The position numbers and the translations under genes were made by a program. The notes under the pieces are model-generated. The model did not search any database and was not told the origin of the DNA. It worked only from the letters and a program-made list of their open reading frames with translations. 64,000 bases of DNA from Saprospiraceae bacterium (GTDB taxonomy: Bacteria; Bacteroidota; Bacteroidia; Chitinophagales; Saprospiraceae), in assembly GCA_031417835.1 (NCBI GenBank), contig JANOWJ010000138.1, positions 58,129 to 122,128 of the forward strand, in the 5' to 3' direction. Below, piece by piece: positions 20,058-29,081 of the stretch (within the stretch, counting starts at the first letter, position 1; each line of letters opens with the position of its first letter).

Positions 20058-20533
20058 TCAAACGACTGTCCAACAATTCCGTCCCATTTTACTTTTCCAA
20101 AAAACTCTAAGATTTCTTCCTGATGCGATGCTCGTTTTCCCTGTGCAATATTGACATAAGCGAAAGAAGCCCACAACAAAGATTTTGGTTTGGTTTTTTG
20201 TTCATCCCACATAAGCATTTCGACCGTAGCATTGGACTGGTCAAAGTCAATCAGGTGCGTTTGAATCGTTACTACTTCATGCACGCTGACCTGTCTCAGA
20301 TAAGCTATTTGATTTTTTGTGGCCATCCACACGTGGCCGTTTTCCCGCCCAAAATTATACAAGTCTAATCCATATGTGTCGCGCAATTGGTCCTCTCGAG
20401 CATCCACAAAGTAATCAAGATACTTGGATTGATTCAGGTGATTGTTTGGATCACAATCATGGAAGCGGACCATCGCTTTGCTCTCAGGATGCACGGCATA
20501 ATAAGGGAGGTGGGTCAATAATTTTAAATCCAT
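20021..20533 (-). CDS. Hot-dog fold acyl-CoA/acyl-ACP thioesterase-like protein
   Basis: 170 aa. VRFHDCDPNNHLNQSKYLDYF resembles the 4HBT/YbgC-type catalytic region. The 3' end overlaps the convergent GT gene by 37 nt. Confidence 0.6.
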   Translation of the reverse strand: MDLKLLTHLPYYAVHPESKAMVRFHDCDPNNHLNQSKYLDYFVDAREDQLRDTYGLDLYNFGRENGHVWMATKNQIAYLRQVSVHEVVTIQTHLIDFDQSNATVEMLMWDEQKTKPKSLLWASFAYVNIAQGKRASHQEEILEFFGKVKWDGIVGQSFDQRLGAVYAFGK

Positions 20534-20593
20534 AGGATAGGATATTTATCTCAATAATGAATAATAGGTTGGGGATGCACGGGAGTGCCCTTG

Positions 20594-21490
20594 TTATTTC
20601 TCCCCTTTTAAATCTTTATAAATAGTAGTCACCATGCCATCACTCTTGATGAATCCACTACCAAAATTGCCATCAAAGTCCTTGCCCAGATTTAATGCTT
20701 TGATCTGAGCTTCATCAAGCCCTTCTTTGACTTTCTTTTTGACCATATCCCGTAGTCCCATGACAGCGTCCCGGGCATCGCGATAATCTTTTTTATTTGC
20801 AAGGTCACCATGTCCGGGTATGATGATGGTCTCGTCATCTATGATCGTCAACGCCCTCGACACTCCGGCTATCCAGCCATCCACTGATCCACCAGAGTTG
20901 CGGTCAATAAAAGGAAATCGTCCTTTCATAAAACAATCACCAGTATGCAAAACATTACTCTTTGGTAAGTAGTATAGAGCATCGCCATCCGTATGGGCAT
21001 TATCCACATGAAAAATCATAACATCTTCACCATTGAGATGCACATTGAGATCATCGCCAAATGTAATGACCGGCCAGGCCGCCTCTGGAGCTGCTTTTTG
21101 AGGTTGGGTAAAGTTGATAATACGCTGGTCGGCCGATAATCGCGCACGAACATTTTTATGAGCTATAATCGTGGCCCCCATTTTAGCAAAATTTTCATTA
21201 CCACCACTGTGATCACCATGATAGTGCGTATTAAATAAAAATTTAACCTGTCCCGGATTGATCGCCTGGATTGATTTATTTATTTTTTCGGACAAAGGGG
21301 CAAATTGATCATCGATAAGAATGTTGCCATCCCGGCCAGAAAGTAACATCATATTGCCAGCACCAGCCCATTGAAGCATGTGGATGTGATCTTTTATTTT
21401 GATGGTATTGATGACGGCATTATCCATATTTGATTGGGCAGACAAAGTCATACCATAAAGGAAGCTTAAGCCAATGAGAATCTTTTTCAT
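20594..21490 (-). CDS. Secreted MBL-fold metallo-hydrolase
   Basis: Signal peptide MKKILIGLSFLYGMTLSAQS. HxHxDH motif THYHGDHSGG, with later His/Asp ligands (HTGDCF, PGHGD). Confidence 0.85.
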   Translation of the reverse strand: MKKILIGLSFLYGMTLSAQSNMDNAVINTIKIKDHIHMLQWAGAGNMMLLSGRDGNILIDDQFAPLSEKINKSIQAINPGQVKFLFNTHYHGDHSGGNENFAKMGATIIAHKNVRARLSADQRIINFTQPQKAAPEAAWPVITFGDDLNVHLNGEDVMIFHVDNAHTDGDALYYLPKSNVLHTGDCFMKGRFPFIDRNSGGSVDGWIAGVSRALTIIDDETIIIPGHGDLANKKDYRDARDAVMGLRDMVKKKVKEGLDEAQIKALNLGKDFDGNFGSGFIKSDGMVTTIYKDLKGEK

Positions 21491-21551
21491 CCTACAAAAT
21501 AGTGAAAAGTCAAACAGTTTGGTAGAATTTCGTTTTGTCTTTTCGAGCAGC

Positions 21552-22214
21552 CTAGATACATTCCTTCAATTCTTTCTCGGTATAGGCTAGGCCATGTGCC
21601 TTCAATACATCCTCCGGTACCCCTGCCCATTGATTAGGCACGTTACCTTTGTATTGCAGATCTTTTACACCCATAGCAGAGGTATAAAACCCTGTAGCCG
21701 TAAGATTGCGCATCAAATTAAAAAAACTGACTCCTTGCGACATTTCAGGTTTAGCTTTAGCCGGATAGGCGATCTGATCTATGAGTGCCAACTGTTGAGC
21801 GGAATCGCCTTCTTTAAAAGTCTTTTGGAACTTATGCAAGGACTGCAGATCCAACCAACGTAAGCCGCCACGCATCGGCACTTGATGATGGGGTTGGTCT
21901 TTGACAATAAACTCTATAAAGTCAGGTACCCCGGCTTCAGTTGCACTACCACTTTTTTCATCTTTGGGTATGATGATATCGGCTAAGATTGCAATCGTAG
22001 CCATTTCATCTGAAGTAAAAAAAGTTTTACTGATGACTTCGTTATATCTGGCGATCTCCTCTGGCTGACGAGCTGGTCCGGCTTTGGAAAGATCGGCTTT
22101 AGCTTGGGTATCACCCGACATGGAGTTCTTATCTTCAGGTTTGCAACTTTGAAGCAAACTCGCAGCAGTGATGCCACCAAGTGCGATTGTTTTTAACGAT
22201 TCGCGTCTTTTCAT
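21552..22214 (-). CDS. Gluconate 2-dehydrogenase subunit 3-like small subunit with Tat leader
   Basis: Twin-arginine leader MKRRESLKTIALGGITAASLLQSC. 220 aa, and adjacent to the GMC flavoprotein genes as in three-subunit FAD dehydrogenases. Confidence 0.75.
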   Translation of the reverse strand: MKRRESLKTIALGGITAASLLQSCKPEDKNSMSGDTQAKADLSKAGPARQPEEIARYNEVISKTFFTSDEMATIAILADIIIPKDEKSGSATEAGVPDFIEFIVKDQPHHQVPMRGGLRWLDLQSLHKFQKTFKEGDSAQQLALIDQIAYPAKAKPEMSQGVSFFNLMRNLTATGFYTSAMGVKDLQYKGNVPNQWAGVPEDVLKAHGLAYTEKELKECI

Positions 22215-22238
22215 GTTAAACTGTTTGTTATTATAAAT

Positions 22239-22460
22239 TTATTCAGTCAATATTAGTGTTTCACTTTTGGCGTTCGATTCAGGGATTTCCATACCTTCTT
22301 CTCTAAGGCCTTCCAAGTGAAATTTTACTCCTTCAATTGTATTTTCTAGGGCCGAGTCATAATCAGCTCCCAAGCCTATACAACCTGGGAGGTCTGGTAC
22401 ATAGCCACCATAACCACCATCTGATGCCTTTTCAATAATCATTAAATACTTTACCATCAA
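22239..22460 (-). CDS. HicB-like (UPF0150) small protein, N-terminal domain only
   Basis: YLMIIEKASDGGYGGYVPDLPGCIGLGADYDSALENTIEGVKFHLEGLREEG matches the HicB antitoxin N-domain pattern. 73 aa with no DNA-binding extension. Confidence 0.75.
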   Translation of the reverse strand: MMVKYLMIIEKASDGGYGGYVPDLPGCIGLGADYDSALENTIEGVKFHLEGLREEGMEIPESNAKSETLILTE

Positions 22461-22487
22461 TTTTGATTTATTAGTGCCGAATTAAAA

Positions 22488-24224
22488 TCAAATTTCTTTC
22501 TTTTTCATGGATTCTATGATGTATTCAGAAGTCCGCATCGACATCGCCAAGATCGTCCAGGTAGGGTTTTTATCTCCTTGCTGCACAAACGAGCTTGCGT
22601 CTGCTACAAAAAGATTTTTACAATCATGTGCTTGACAATTTTTATTCAAAGGGCCTTTCTTAGGATTATCCATCATACGCACGGTGCCCACTTCATGGAT
22701 GATACGACCTGGTGCTGCCAGTCCCCAATCATTGGCAGCGGAATCAACACCAAAGGTAATCGTAGCACCCAGGTTGGTAAGGATCTCTTGAAAAGTATCC
22801 TGCATATGTTTAGCTTGTTTTACTTCATAATCTGACCACTTGTAGTTGAATCGCAGGACTGGAATCCCAAATTTATCTACTGTATTCGGATCGATCTCAC
22901 AATAGTTTTCGACACTGGCTATGGCTTCACCGCGCCCCGACATGCCTACACCTGCTCCATAAAAATTGCGATAATCTTCTTTTAATGTTGCACCGTAGCC
23001 TCCGGCTTCTTTTTGTTTTCCATGTACAGGGAATTTACCATTGAGCCCTTCGATACCCCAACCAAATCCGTAACCCGGCATAGTCAGACCACCCCAATAT
23101 TCGATGTGATAGCCTCTAGGAAAATCTAGTTTCTTGTTATTGCCCCACCATGGCGAATAGATATGAGCTCCGCCTACACCATCTTCATTGTGTCGATGAT
23201 GATCTAAAAGTTTGGGGAATACTCCTCCCATGTCTTTGCCAGTCGAATCGTGAAGATATTTACCGACCAGACCACTCGAATTGGCTAACCCATTGGAGTG
23301 CATCGATGATTTTGAATTGAGCAATAATCTAGCAGACTCACATGCACTTGCAGCCAATACGACAGACCGGGCTTTGATATGATACTCCTGCAAAGTATTG
23401 CGATCCACATACGAGATCCCAGTAGCTAAGCCTTTTTCATTCGTCGTGACTTCACGAGCCATAGCATTGCAGATCAGTTCTACATTTTTATTTTTTAAAG
23501 CCGGAATTACCAGGCATGATGAAGATGAAAAATCAGCATAATATTGACAAGCTCTTCCACATTGACCGCAATACACGCATACCCCACGGTCATCGTTGAT
23601 TTTTTTGGTCAACATTGATAATCTTGATGGTATCACATTCACGCCGGATTTAATAGCTGCATTTTTTAGATACATTTCATGAAGTCTTGGCTTGGGCGGC
23701 GGTAGAAAAAATCCATCCGGATCATTCGCCAGTCCTTCGTTGGTACCAAATACACCTAACATCTGATCTACTCTATCGTAATACGGCTTTACCTCATCAT
23801 AGGTGATCGGCCAATCATCTCCTAAGCCATCATGACTGCGGTGTTTAAAATCATTTGGCCCAAAACGCAAGGAAATGCGACCCCAATGATTGGTGCGCCC
23901 TCCCATCATACGAGCTCGCCACCATCCAAATTGGGAGCCATTTTTTTGAGTATAAGGTTCATCTTCCAATTCCCAGCCGCCATAACAGGCATCCATATCG
24001 CCAAAGGGTCTGAATTTGGTACTTGCACCTCGGCGAGGAGACTCCCAATTCCACTTAAATTGAGTGATGTCTTTTTTGGGATCATACATCGGACCAGCCT
24101 CGAGCAGGCAGACCTTGAGCCCGGCTTGCCCTAGCATATAAGTGGCCATGCCACCCCCGGCACCTGATCCTACGATGACTACATCATATTCAATTGGACT
24201 TTCTTTGATTTGAAGTGCTTGCAT
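22488..24224 (-). CDS. GMC-family FAD oxidoreductase (catalytic subunit), paralog B
   Basis: YDVVIVGSGAGGG FAD fold at the extreme N-terminus with no leader. CVYCGQCGRAC motif. C-terminal GMC region with HEVGTVRMMD. Confidence 0.9.
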   Translation of the reverse strand: MQALQIKESPIEYDVVIVGSGAGGGMATYMLGQAGLKVCLLEAGPMYDPKKDITQFKWNWESPRRGASTKFRPFGDMDACYGGWELEDEPYTQKNGSQFGWWRARMMGGRTNHWGRISLRFGPNDFKHRSHDGLGDDWPITYDEVKPYYDRVDQMLGVFGTNEGLANDPDGFFLPPPKPRLHEMYLKNAAIKSGVNVIPSRLSMLTKKINDDRGVCVYCGQCGRACQYYADFSSSSCLVIPALKNKNVELICNAMAREVTTNEKGLATGISYVDRNTLQEYHIKARSVVLAASACESARLLLNSKSSMHSNGLANSSGLVGKYLHDSTGKDMGGVFPKLLDHHRHNEDGVGGAHIYSPWWGNNKKLDFPRGYHIEYWGGLTMPGYGFGWGIEGLNGKFPVHGKQKEAGGYGATLKEDYRNFYGAGVGMSGRGEAIASVENYCEIDPNTVDKFGIPVLRFNYKWSDYEVKQAKHMQDTFQEILTNLGATITFGVDSAANDWGLAAPGRIIHEVGTVRMMDNPKKGPLNKNCQAHDCKNLFVADASSFVQQGDKNPTWTILAMSMRTSEYIIESMKKKEI

Positions 24225-24294
24225 TTTTAAAAAGTATTGAAAAGTCTAAGATATATCGAGTATCGCATATTGTTTATTCTGGTAGGTTAATTGG

Positions 24295-26037
24295 CTAAAT
24301 TTCTTTCTTTTTCATTTGTTCGATCAGGTATTCAGAAGTACGCATAGATAAGGCCAGGATCGTCCAGGTAGGGTTTTTATCAGCTTGAGAGACAAATGGA
24401 CCACCATCCACCACGAATAAGTTTTTACAATCATGCGCTTGGGCATTGCTATTTAATGGCCCTTTTTTGGGGTCATCCATCATGCGTACTGTGCCTACCT
24501 CGTGTATGATGCGTCCAGGGGCAGCTAAACCCCAATTGTTGGCAGCATTATCTATGCCGCTGGTGATCGTGGCACCCATGGTAGTGAGGATCTCTTGAAA
24601 AGTCTCCTGCATGTGTTTAGCTTGTTTGACTTCGTAGTCAGACCATTTATAATGAAATCGCAATACAGGTATACCAAATCGATCGACCACATTAGGATCG
24701 ATCTCGCAATAATTATCTTCTCTCGCTATGGCTTCACCACGACCAGACATCCCTATCGAGGCGCCGTAAAAATTGCGATAGTCTTGCTTTAGTTTTGCCC
24801 CATAACCACCTGCATCTGCTAATTTGCCATTGACGGGTATTTTACCATTGTTGTTTTCAATATTGGATCCAAAACCGTAGCCGGGCATACCCATACCACC
24901 ACCATACTCGATGTGATAGCCTCTGGGGAAATCCAATTTTTTATTATCCAACCACCACGGAGAATAGATATGTGCTCCGCCTACTCCATCTTCATTGTAT
25001 CGCTTGCGATCCAGGAGCGATGGCAAGATGCCGCGCATATTCTTTCCGGTAGAATCATGCAAGTACTTGCCGACTAGATTACTTGAATTGGCTAATCCAT
25101 TGCTGTGTCTAGTTGATTTTGAATTTAATAACAGGCGGGCAGATTCACACGCACTGGCTGCCAGGATGACACTGCGAGCTTGTATATGATGTTCCTGTAA
25201 GGTATTGCGATCAACATATGAAATACCGGAGGCTAAGCCATCGGCATGGGTAGTCACTTCTCGGGCCATCGCATTGCAAATCAACTCTACATTTTTATTT
25301 TTTAATGCCGGTATGACAAGACAAGATGAAGACGAAAAATCTGCATAATATTGACAACCTCGGTTGCATTGACCACAATAGATACATACTCCACGCTCGT
25401 CATTGATTTTTTTGGTCAACATGGACAGTCGGGATGGAATGACATTGACGCCTGTCTTAAGCGCAGCATTTTTTATATGTAATTCGTGCAGGCGAGGCTT
25501 GGGCGGTGGCAAAAAGAACCCATCCGGGTCATTGGGCAAGCCCTCATTAGTACCGAATACCCCTATCAATTGGTCTACCCGGTCATAATATGGCTGGATC
25601 TCAGCATAAGATATCGGCCAATCCTCACCCAACCCATCATGACTTCTGTGTTTAAAATCTCGTGGGCCAAATCGTAGAGAAATCCTACCCCAATGATTGG
25701 TCCTGCCGCCTAACATTCTACCCCGAAACCAATCAAATTTCGAACCCGGCTGCTGCACTTGAGTATACGGCTCACCCTCTAGCTCCCAACCTCCATAACA
25801 AGCATCCATATCGCCATTGTTCCGCTGCGGAGTACTGGCTCCTCGGCGAGGGGATTCCCAATTCCATTTGAACTGAGTAACATCTTTTCTGGGGTCATAC
25901 ATGGGGCCGGCTTCTAATAAGCACACTTTGAGTCCGGCATTTCCTAAGATATACGTAGCCATCCCGCCTCCAGCCCCTGAGCCTACGATGACCACATCAT
26001 AGACGGTGGCATTTTCTTTGATTTGAAGACTTTGCAT
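24295..26037 (-). CDS. GMC-family FAD oxidoreductase (catalytic subunit), paralog A
   Basis: Collinear with paralog B; 51 of the first 60 residues are identical by my count. CIYCGQCNRGC motif and the same N-terminal FAD fold. Confidence 0.9.
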   Translation of the reverse strand: MQSLQIKENATVYDVVIVGSGAGGGMATYILGNAGLKVCLLEAGPMYDPRKDVTQFKWNWESPRRGASTPQRNNGDMDACYGGWELEGEPYTQVQQPGSKFDWFRGRMLGGRTNHWGRISLRFGPRDFKHRSHDGLGEDWPISYAEIQPYYDRVDQLIGVFGTNEGLPNDPDGFFLPPPKPRLHELHIKNAALKTGVNVIPSRLSMLTKKINDERGVCIYCGQCNRGCQYYADFSSSSCLVIPALKNKNVELICNAMAREVTTHADGLASGISYVDRNTLQEHHIQARSVILAASACESARLLLNSKSTRHSNGLANSSNLVGKYLHDSTGKNMRGILPSLLDRKRYNEDGVGGAHIYSPWWLDNKKLDFPRGYHIEYGGGMGMPGYGFGSNIENNNGKIPVNGKLADAGGYGAKLKQDYRNFYGASIGMSGRGEAIAREDNYCEIDPNVVDRFGIPVLRFHYKWSDYEVKQAKHMQETFQEILTTMGATITSGIDNAANNWGLAAPGRIIHEVGTVRMMDDPKKGPLNSNAQAHDCKNLFVVDGGPFVSQADKNPTWTILALSMRTSEYLIEQMKKKEI

Positions 26038-26153
26038 TGACTGTTTTGATTTTTAAGAATACAATATAGGTTGGATTTTTGAATAATGGAGGCTACTTCT
26101 GGATGATCCAAGGTCACTCCACTGGATGTAACCGAGGCCGATCAAACAATTAT

Positions 26154-26244
26154 TGTAAAAAATGGAATACAATTCCAGAAAACACAAATTATGTAAAAAA
26201 TGGAATTAAACTCCAGAAATGTATATTTTTGTAAAAAATGGAAT
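26154..26244 (+). repeat. 38-bp-period tandem repeat (2.4 copies) of TGTAAAAAATGGAAT-N-TCCAGAAA overlapping the ATPase gene 5' end
   Basis: TGTAAAAAATGGAAT at 26154, 26192 and 26230. Copies 1 and 2 continue with ACAATTCCAGAAA and TAAACTCCAGAAA. Confidence 0.85.
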
Positions 26245-27403
26245 CCTTATGATTGAGCGGAGTATTCTGCCGACGGCAAAACTGGCGTTAAGCCAATTTC
26301 GGGCATTGTGCCTGACAGGACCCAGGCAAAGTGGTAAAACTACGCTAAGCAAAGTCTTGTTTAAAAACAAGCCGTATTATAATTTTGAAAATCCTTCTTT
26401 GCAATATGAAGCAGAACAAACTCCCGGCATTTTTTTAGAAAAAATAAAGAAGGGTGCTGTATTAGATGAGGTACAGCGCGTGCCGGATATCTTCAGGTAC
26501 TTACACGAAATGCTCGATAACAATACCACTAGGGGTCAATTTATTCTCACTGGTTCGAATAATTTTTTACTACAGGAAAAAGTCTCTCAGTCTCTTGCAG
26601 GCAGGGCAGGATATTTGACCTTACTACCACTAAGCTATAACGAACTTCAGGAATCAAACCTAGCCAATGAACATTTGAATCAACTTATGTTTTCCGGTGG
26701 TTATCCGGAGATCTGGGATCAACAACTGACGCCTACGATGTGGATGGACAGTTATATCAGTACTTATATTCAACGCGATGTCCGGCTATTGCGAAATATC
26801 ACAGATCTGGGAGCATTCAAACGATTTATAGCCTTGTGTGCTCATTCTGCAAGTCAGGTAGTCAATAGAGATGAATTATCAAGGAATACTAGAGTGGATA
26901 CTAAAACGATTCAAGCCTGGCTTGGCCTGATGGATAATAGTTACATAGCATATATGATTCAACCTTGGTATGCTAACCCTAATAAAAGGATCATTAAAAG
27001 CCCCAAATTGTATTTCTACGATACCGGAGTATTGTGTTATCTATTAGGCATTACCTCTGTCAACGCCTTAAAGAAAAGCCCACATTATGGGGCTATTTTT
27101 GAAAATTGGATTATGACTGAAATCAAGAAAAACATCTTCAATAATGGCTATGCGGATAATATGTTTTTTTATCGAGATTCCAGCCAAAATGAGGTGGACC
27201 TTATCCTGGAGCGGGAAGGCCAGGTATTAGCTATAGAGATTAAATCAGCGGCTACGGTTCATGGAGACCACCTGAGGGGATTAAATTATATCCACAAATT
27301 CCGGCCAAATGCACAAAAATTTCTGATCAATACAGGTAGCCAAAATCATGTTATTCAGGAGACGATAAATGTACTTTCTTGGAAGGAAGTAGCCAATATT
27401 TAA
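26219..27403 (+). CDS. AAA ATPase with DUF4143/PD-(D/E)xK-like C-terminal domain; likely start ATG 26249 (MIERS...)
   Basis: Walker A LTGPRQSGKTT, Walker B-like AVLDEVQ, C-terminal EVDLILEREGQVLAIEIKS. Confidence 0.85.
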   Translation: MYIFVKNGILMIERSILPTAKLALSQFRALCLTGPRQSGKTTLSKVLFKNKPYYNFENPSLQYEAEQTPGIFLEKIKKGAVLDEVQRVPDIFRYLHEMLDNNTTRGQFILTGSNNFLLQEKVSQSLAGRAGYLTLLPLSYNELQESNLANEHLNQLMFSGGYPEIWDQQLTPTMWMDSYISTYIQRDVRLLRNITDLGAFKRFIALCAHSASQVVNRDELSRNTRVDTKTIQAWLGLMDNSYIAYMIQPWYANPNKRIIKSPKLYFYDTGVLCYLLGITSVNALKKSPHYGAIFENWIMTEIKKNIFNNGYADNMFFYRDSSQNEVDLILEREGQVLAIEIKSAATVHGDHLRGLNYIHKFRPNAQKFLINTGSQNHVIQETINVLSWKEVANI

Positions 27404-27416
27404 AGGGCATGAAAAA

Positions 27417-29075
27417 TTACCGGACGATGATCTTACCTTTTTTGAAAACAGTCCTAGCGCCTAGAAACAATTTGTACATGTAAACCCCCGCTGGTAGCCG
27501 CATCGTTGTGGATTTTAGTTGATTGGCTCCATTAAAATGATCTTCATCATTTTTGGTCAGTACCAGATGTCCAAGCATATTGTAAACTTCAAGGCTCATC
27601 CGGTCATAATCATGAACGTAATAACTCAGCGTGATCTCTTTGTCTTCTGTGGTGGGGTTGGGATAGACTATAGTCTCAAAAAAACGATCGGGATAATACT
27701 TAGGCAACGTATTTTGATAAAAAATACCATCGAGGTACTTCATCCTGCGCAAGACCCATTCTTTGACATACAGTACTTCCTGAGCATATGAGCCGCCGAT
27801 ATATGCATTGGGCCATACATAGGTATTGAGGATAGGCCAGCGTTGAAAATTGCGCGGAGCAGCATCTTTCAGCAGCAGATTGAACGAGTCAATTAGGAAA
27901 ACAACTTTTTGATCTGATAATACATTTTTTCTTAAGGAGGACCACCTTTTGTACAATGAAGAAGCGAAAGTAGAATCCTGAAATACCTTAGGCCAATAAA
28001 ATGGGACGGTAAATCCATCATTAGGACATCGGTTGTTAAATTCAAATGCCAAGACCTCAGAGGAGGCGCCCTGACAATAATCCGCATTTCCAAATCCTAA
28101 GTTAAAATCCCAAATCGGACCAAACTTAAATTTAGTACTCTTTTTATCAGCTTCTTTGTAAAGATAGGCACTGAGTCTGTACCCATCTACATTATTGCTT
28201 ACTTCATTGAGGATCATAAAATCAATCATCGATTGCTCATCAGCATATTTTCGAAATCCTTCTTTGGAATCGCCCCCTTTGGATGTATTAAATGAGGATT
28301 CAAAATTATGAATCAGAGTACGGATATAGTTTTTTTGGGCTGTATTGATCACATTTGCTTCAGGCTCTTCGTATTGATAGTAGGTCCTTCTGGGTACACC
28401 ACTGCCTGAAAAATATTCTGAATTAAATCCACCTTGAGGCGTACTACCAGTAGTCTTGTCAATTTTTAAAATATACCCTCCCGTCAAAGCCTCACCTCCA
28501 GTAATACCCGGAATGAGCTCAGGGATATTGACTCGATCTTTGTCGCGTTTTATTTTTTCCATCAGGATGTACACGCCTTGATATTGGCCATTGATGATTA
28601 ACTCACAAAATCTTGTCCTGGAAGTATACGGCATAATCTCGCTGGCTATACGATGGATCAGCGCATCACGCATCAGCGACTTATCACTATAGGGAGCAAG
28701 CAATACCCAATCATTTTCTTTGGGCATACCTAATATACTGACATTTAAATTTGTTTCGCCATCAGCCAGTCTTGTTTCTATACCTAGTGGTTTTTTGGGA
28801 GAAAGATCCTGTGAAGAAGATCCTCTTAATTCCACTCCGATCTTACCAACATAATGCCTGGTAGAATCGTTAAGATTGTTAATTTTCTCTGGACCATTAT
28901 AGATAATTTCAAAGTCGGCTACGATCTTGGGCTCGTTCAAAATGGCCAATCCATTGGTGCGGATGATGACGATAGGCAAATTGGAGGACTGAAACTGTTG
29001 ACCCGATACGACGCCAGTCAGGACAGAGCAGAAGAGCAGAGTGTATAGCGTGCGCAAATTTCGATGGATGGTCAC
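27417..29075 (-). CDS. CotH kinase-family protein with T9SS C-terminal sorting domain
   Basis: Signal peptide. CotH-like core (GVELRGSSSQ, LAPYSDKSLMRDALIH, CELIINGQYQGVYILMEKIKRD). C-terminal YPNPT...LPAGVYMYKL...KGKIIV type sorting domain. Confidence 0.85.
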   Translation of the reverse strand: MTIHRNLRTLYTLLFCSVLTGVVSGQQFQSSNLPIVIIRTNGLAILNEPKIVADFEIIYNGPEKINNLNDSTRHYVGKIGVELRGSSSQDLSPKKPLGIETRLADGETNLNVSILGMPKENDWVLLAPYSDKSLMRDALIHRIASEIMPYTSRTRFCELIINGQYQGVYILMEKIKRDKDRVNIPELIPGITGGEALTGGYILKIDKTTGSTPQGGFNSEYFSGSGVPRRTYYQYEEPEANVINTAQKNYIRTLIHNFESSFNTSKGGDSKEGFRKYADEQSMIDFMILNEVSNNVDGYRLSAYLYKEADKKSTKFKFGPIWDFNLGFGNADYCQGASSEVLAFEFNNRCPNDGFTVPFYWPKVFQDSTFASSLYKRWSSLRKNVLSDQKVVFLIDSFNLLLKDAAPRNFQRWPILNTYVWPNAYIGGSYAQEVLYVKEWVLRRMKYLDGIFYQNTLPKYYPDRFFETIVYPNPTTEDKEITLSYYVHDYDRMSLEVYNMLGHLVLTKNDEDHFNGANQLKSTTMRLPAGVYMYKLFLGARTVFKKGKIIVR

Positions 29076-29081
29076 CAGAGA

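Noticed and set aside
22214-22488. Searched for a hicA toxin partner of the HicB-like ORF.
   Set aside because: The flanking gaps are 24 and 27 nt, and no small ORF on either strand fits, so no complete HicAB module is called.
26219-27403. Considered the AAA/DUF4143 ATPase, and the truncated DUF234-type gene at 11750-12511, as cores of a defence island.
   Set aside because: Each stands alone. There are no adjacent nuclease, methylase, helicase, effector or mobile-element genes, and the neighbours are ordinary metabolic genes. This gives no support for a defence system.
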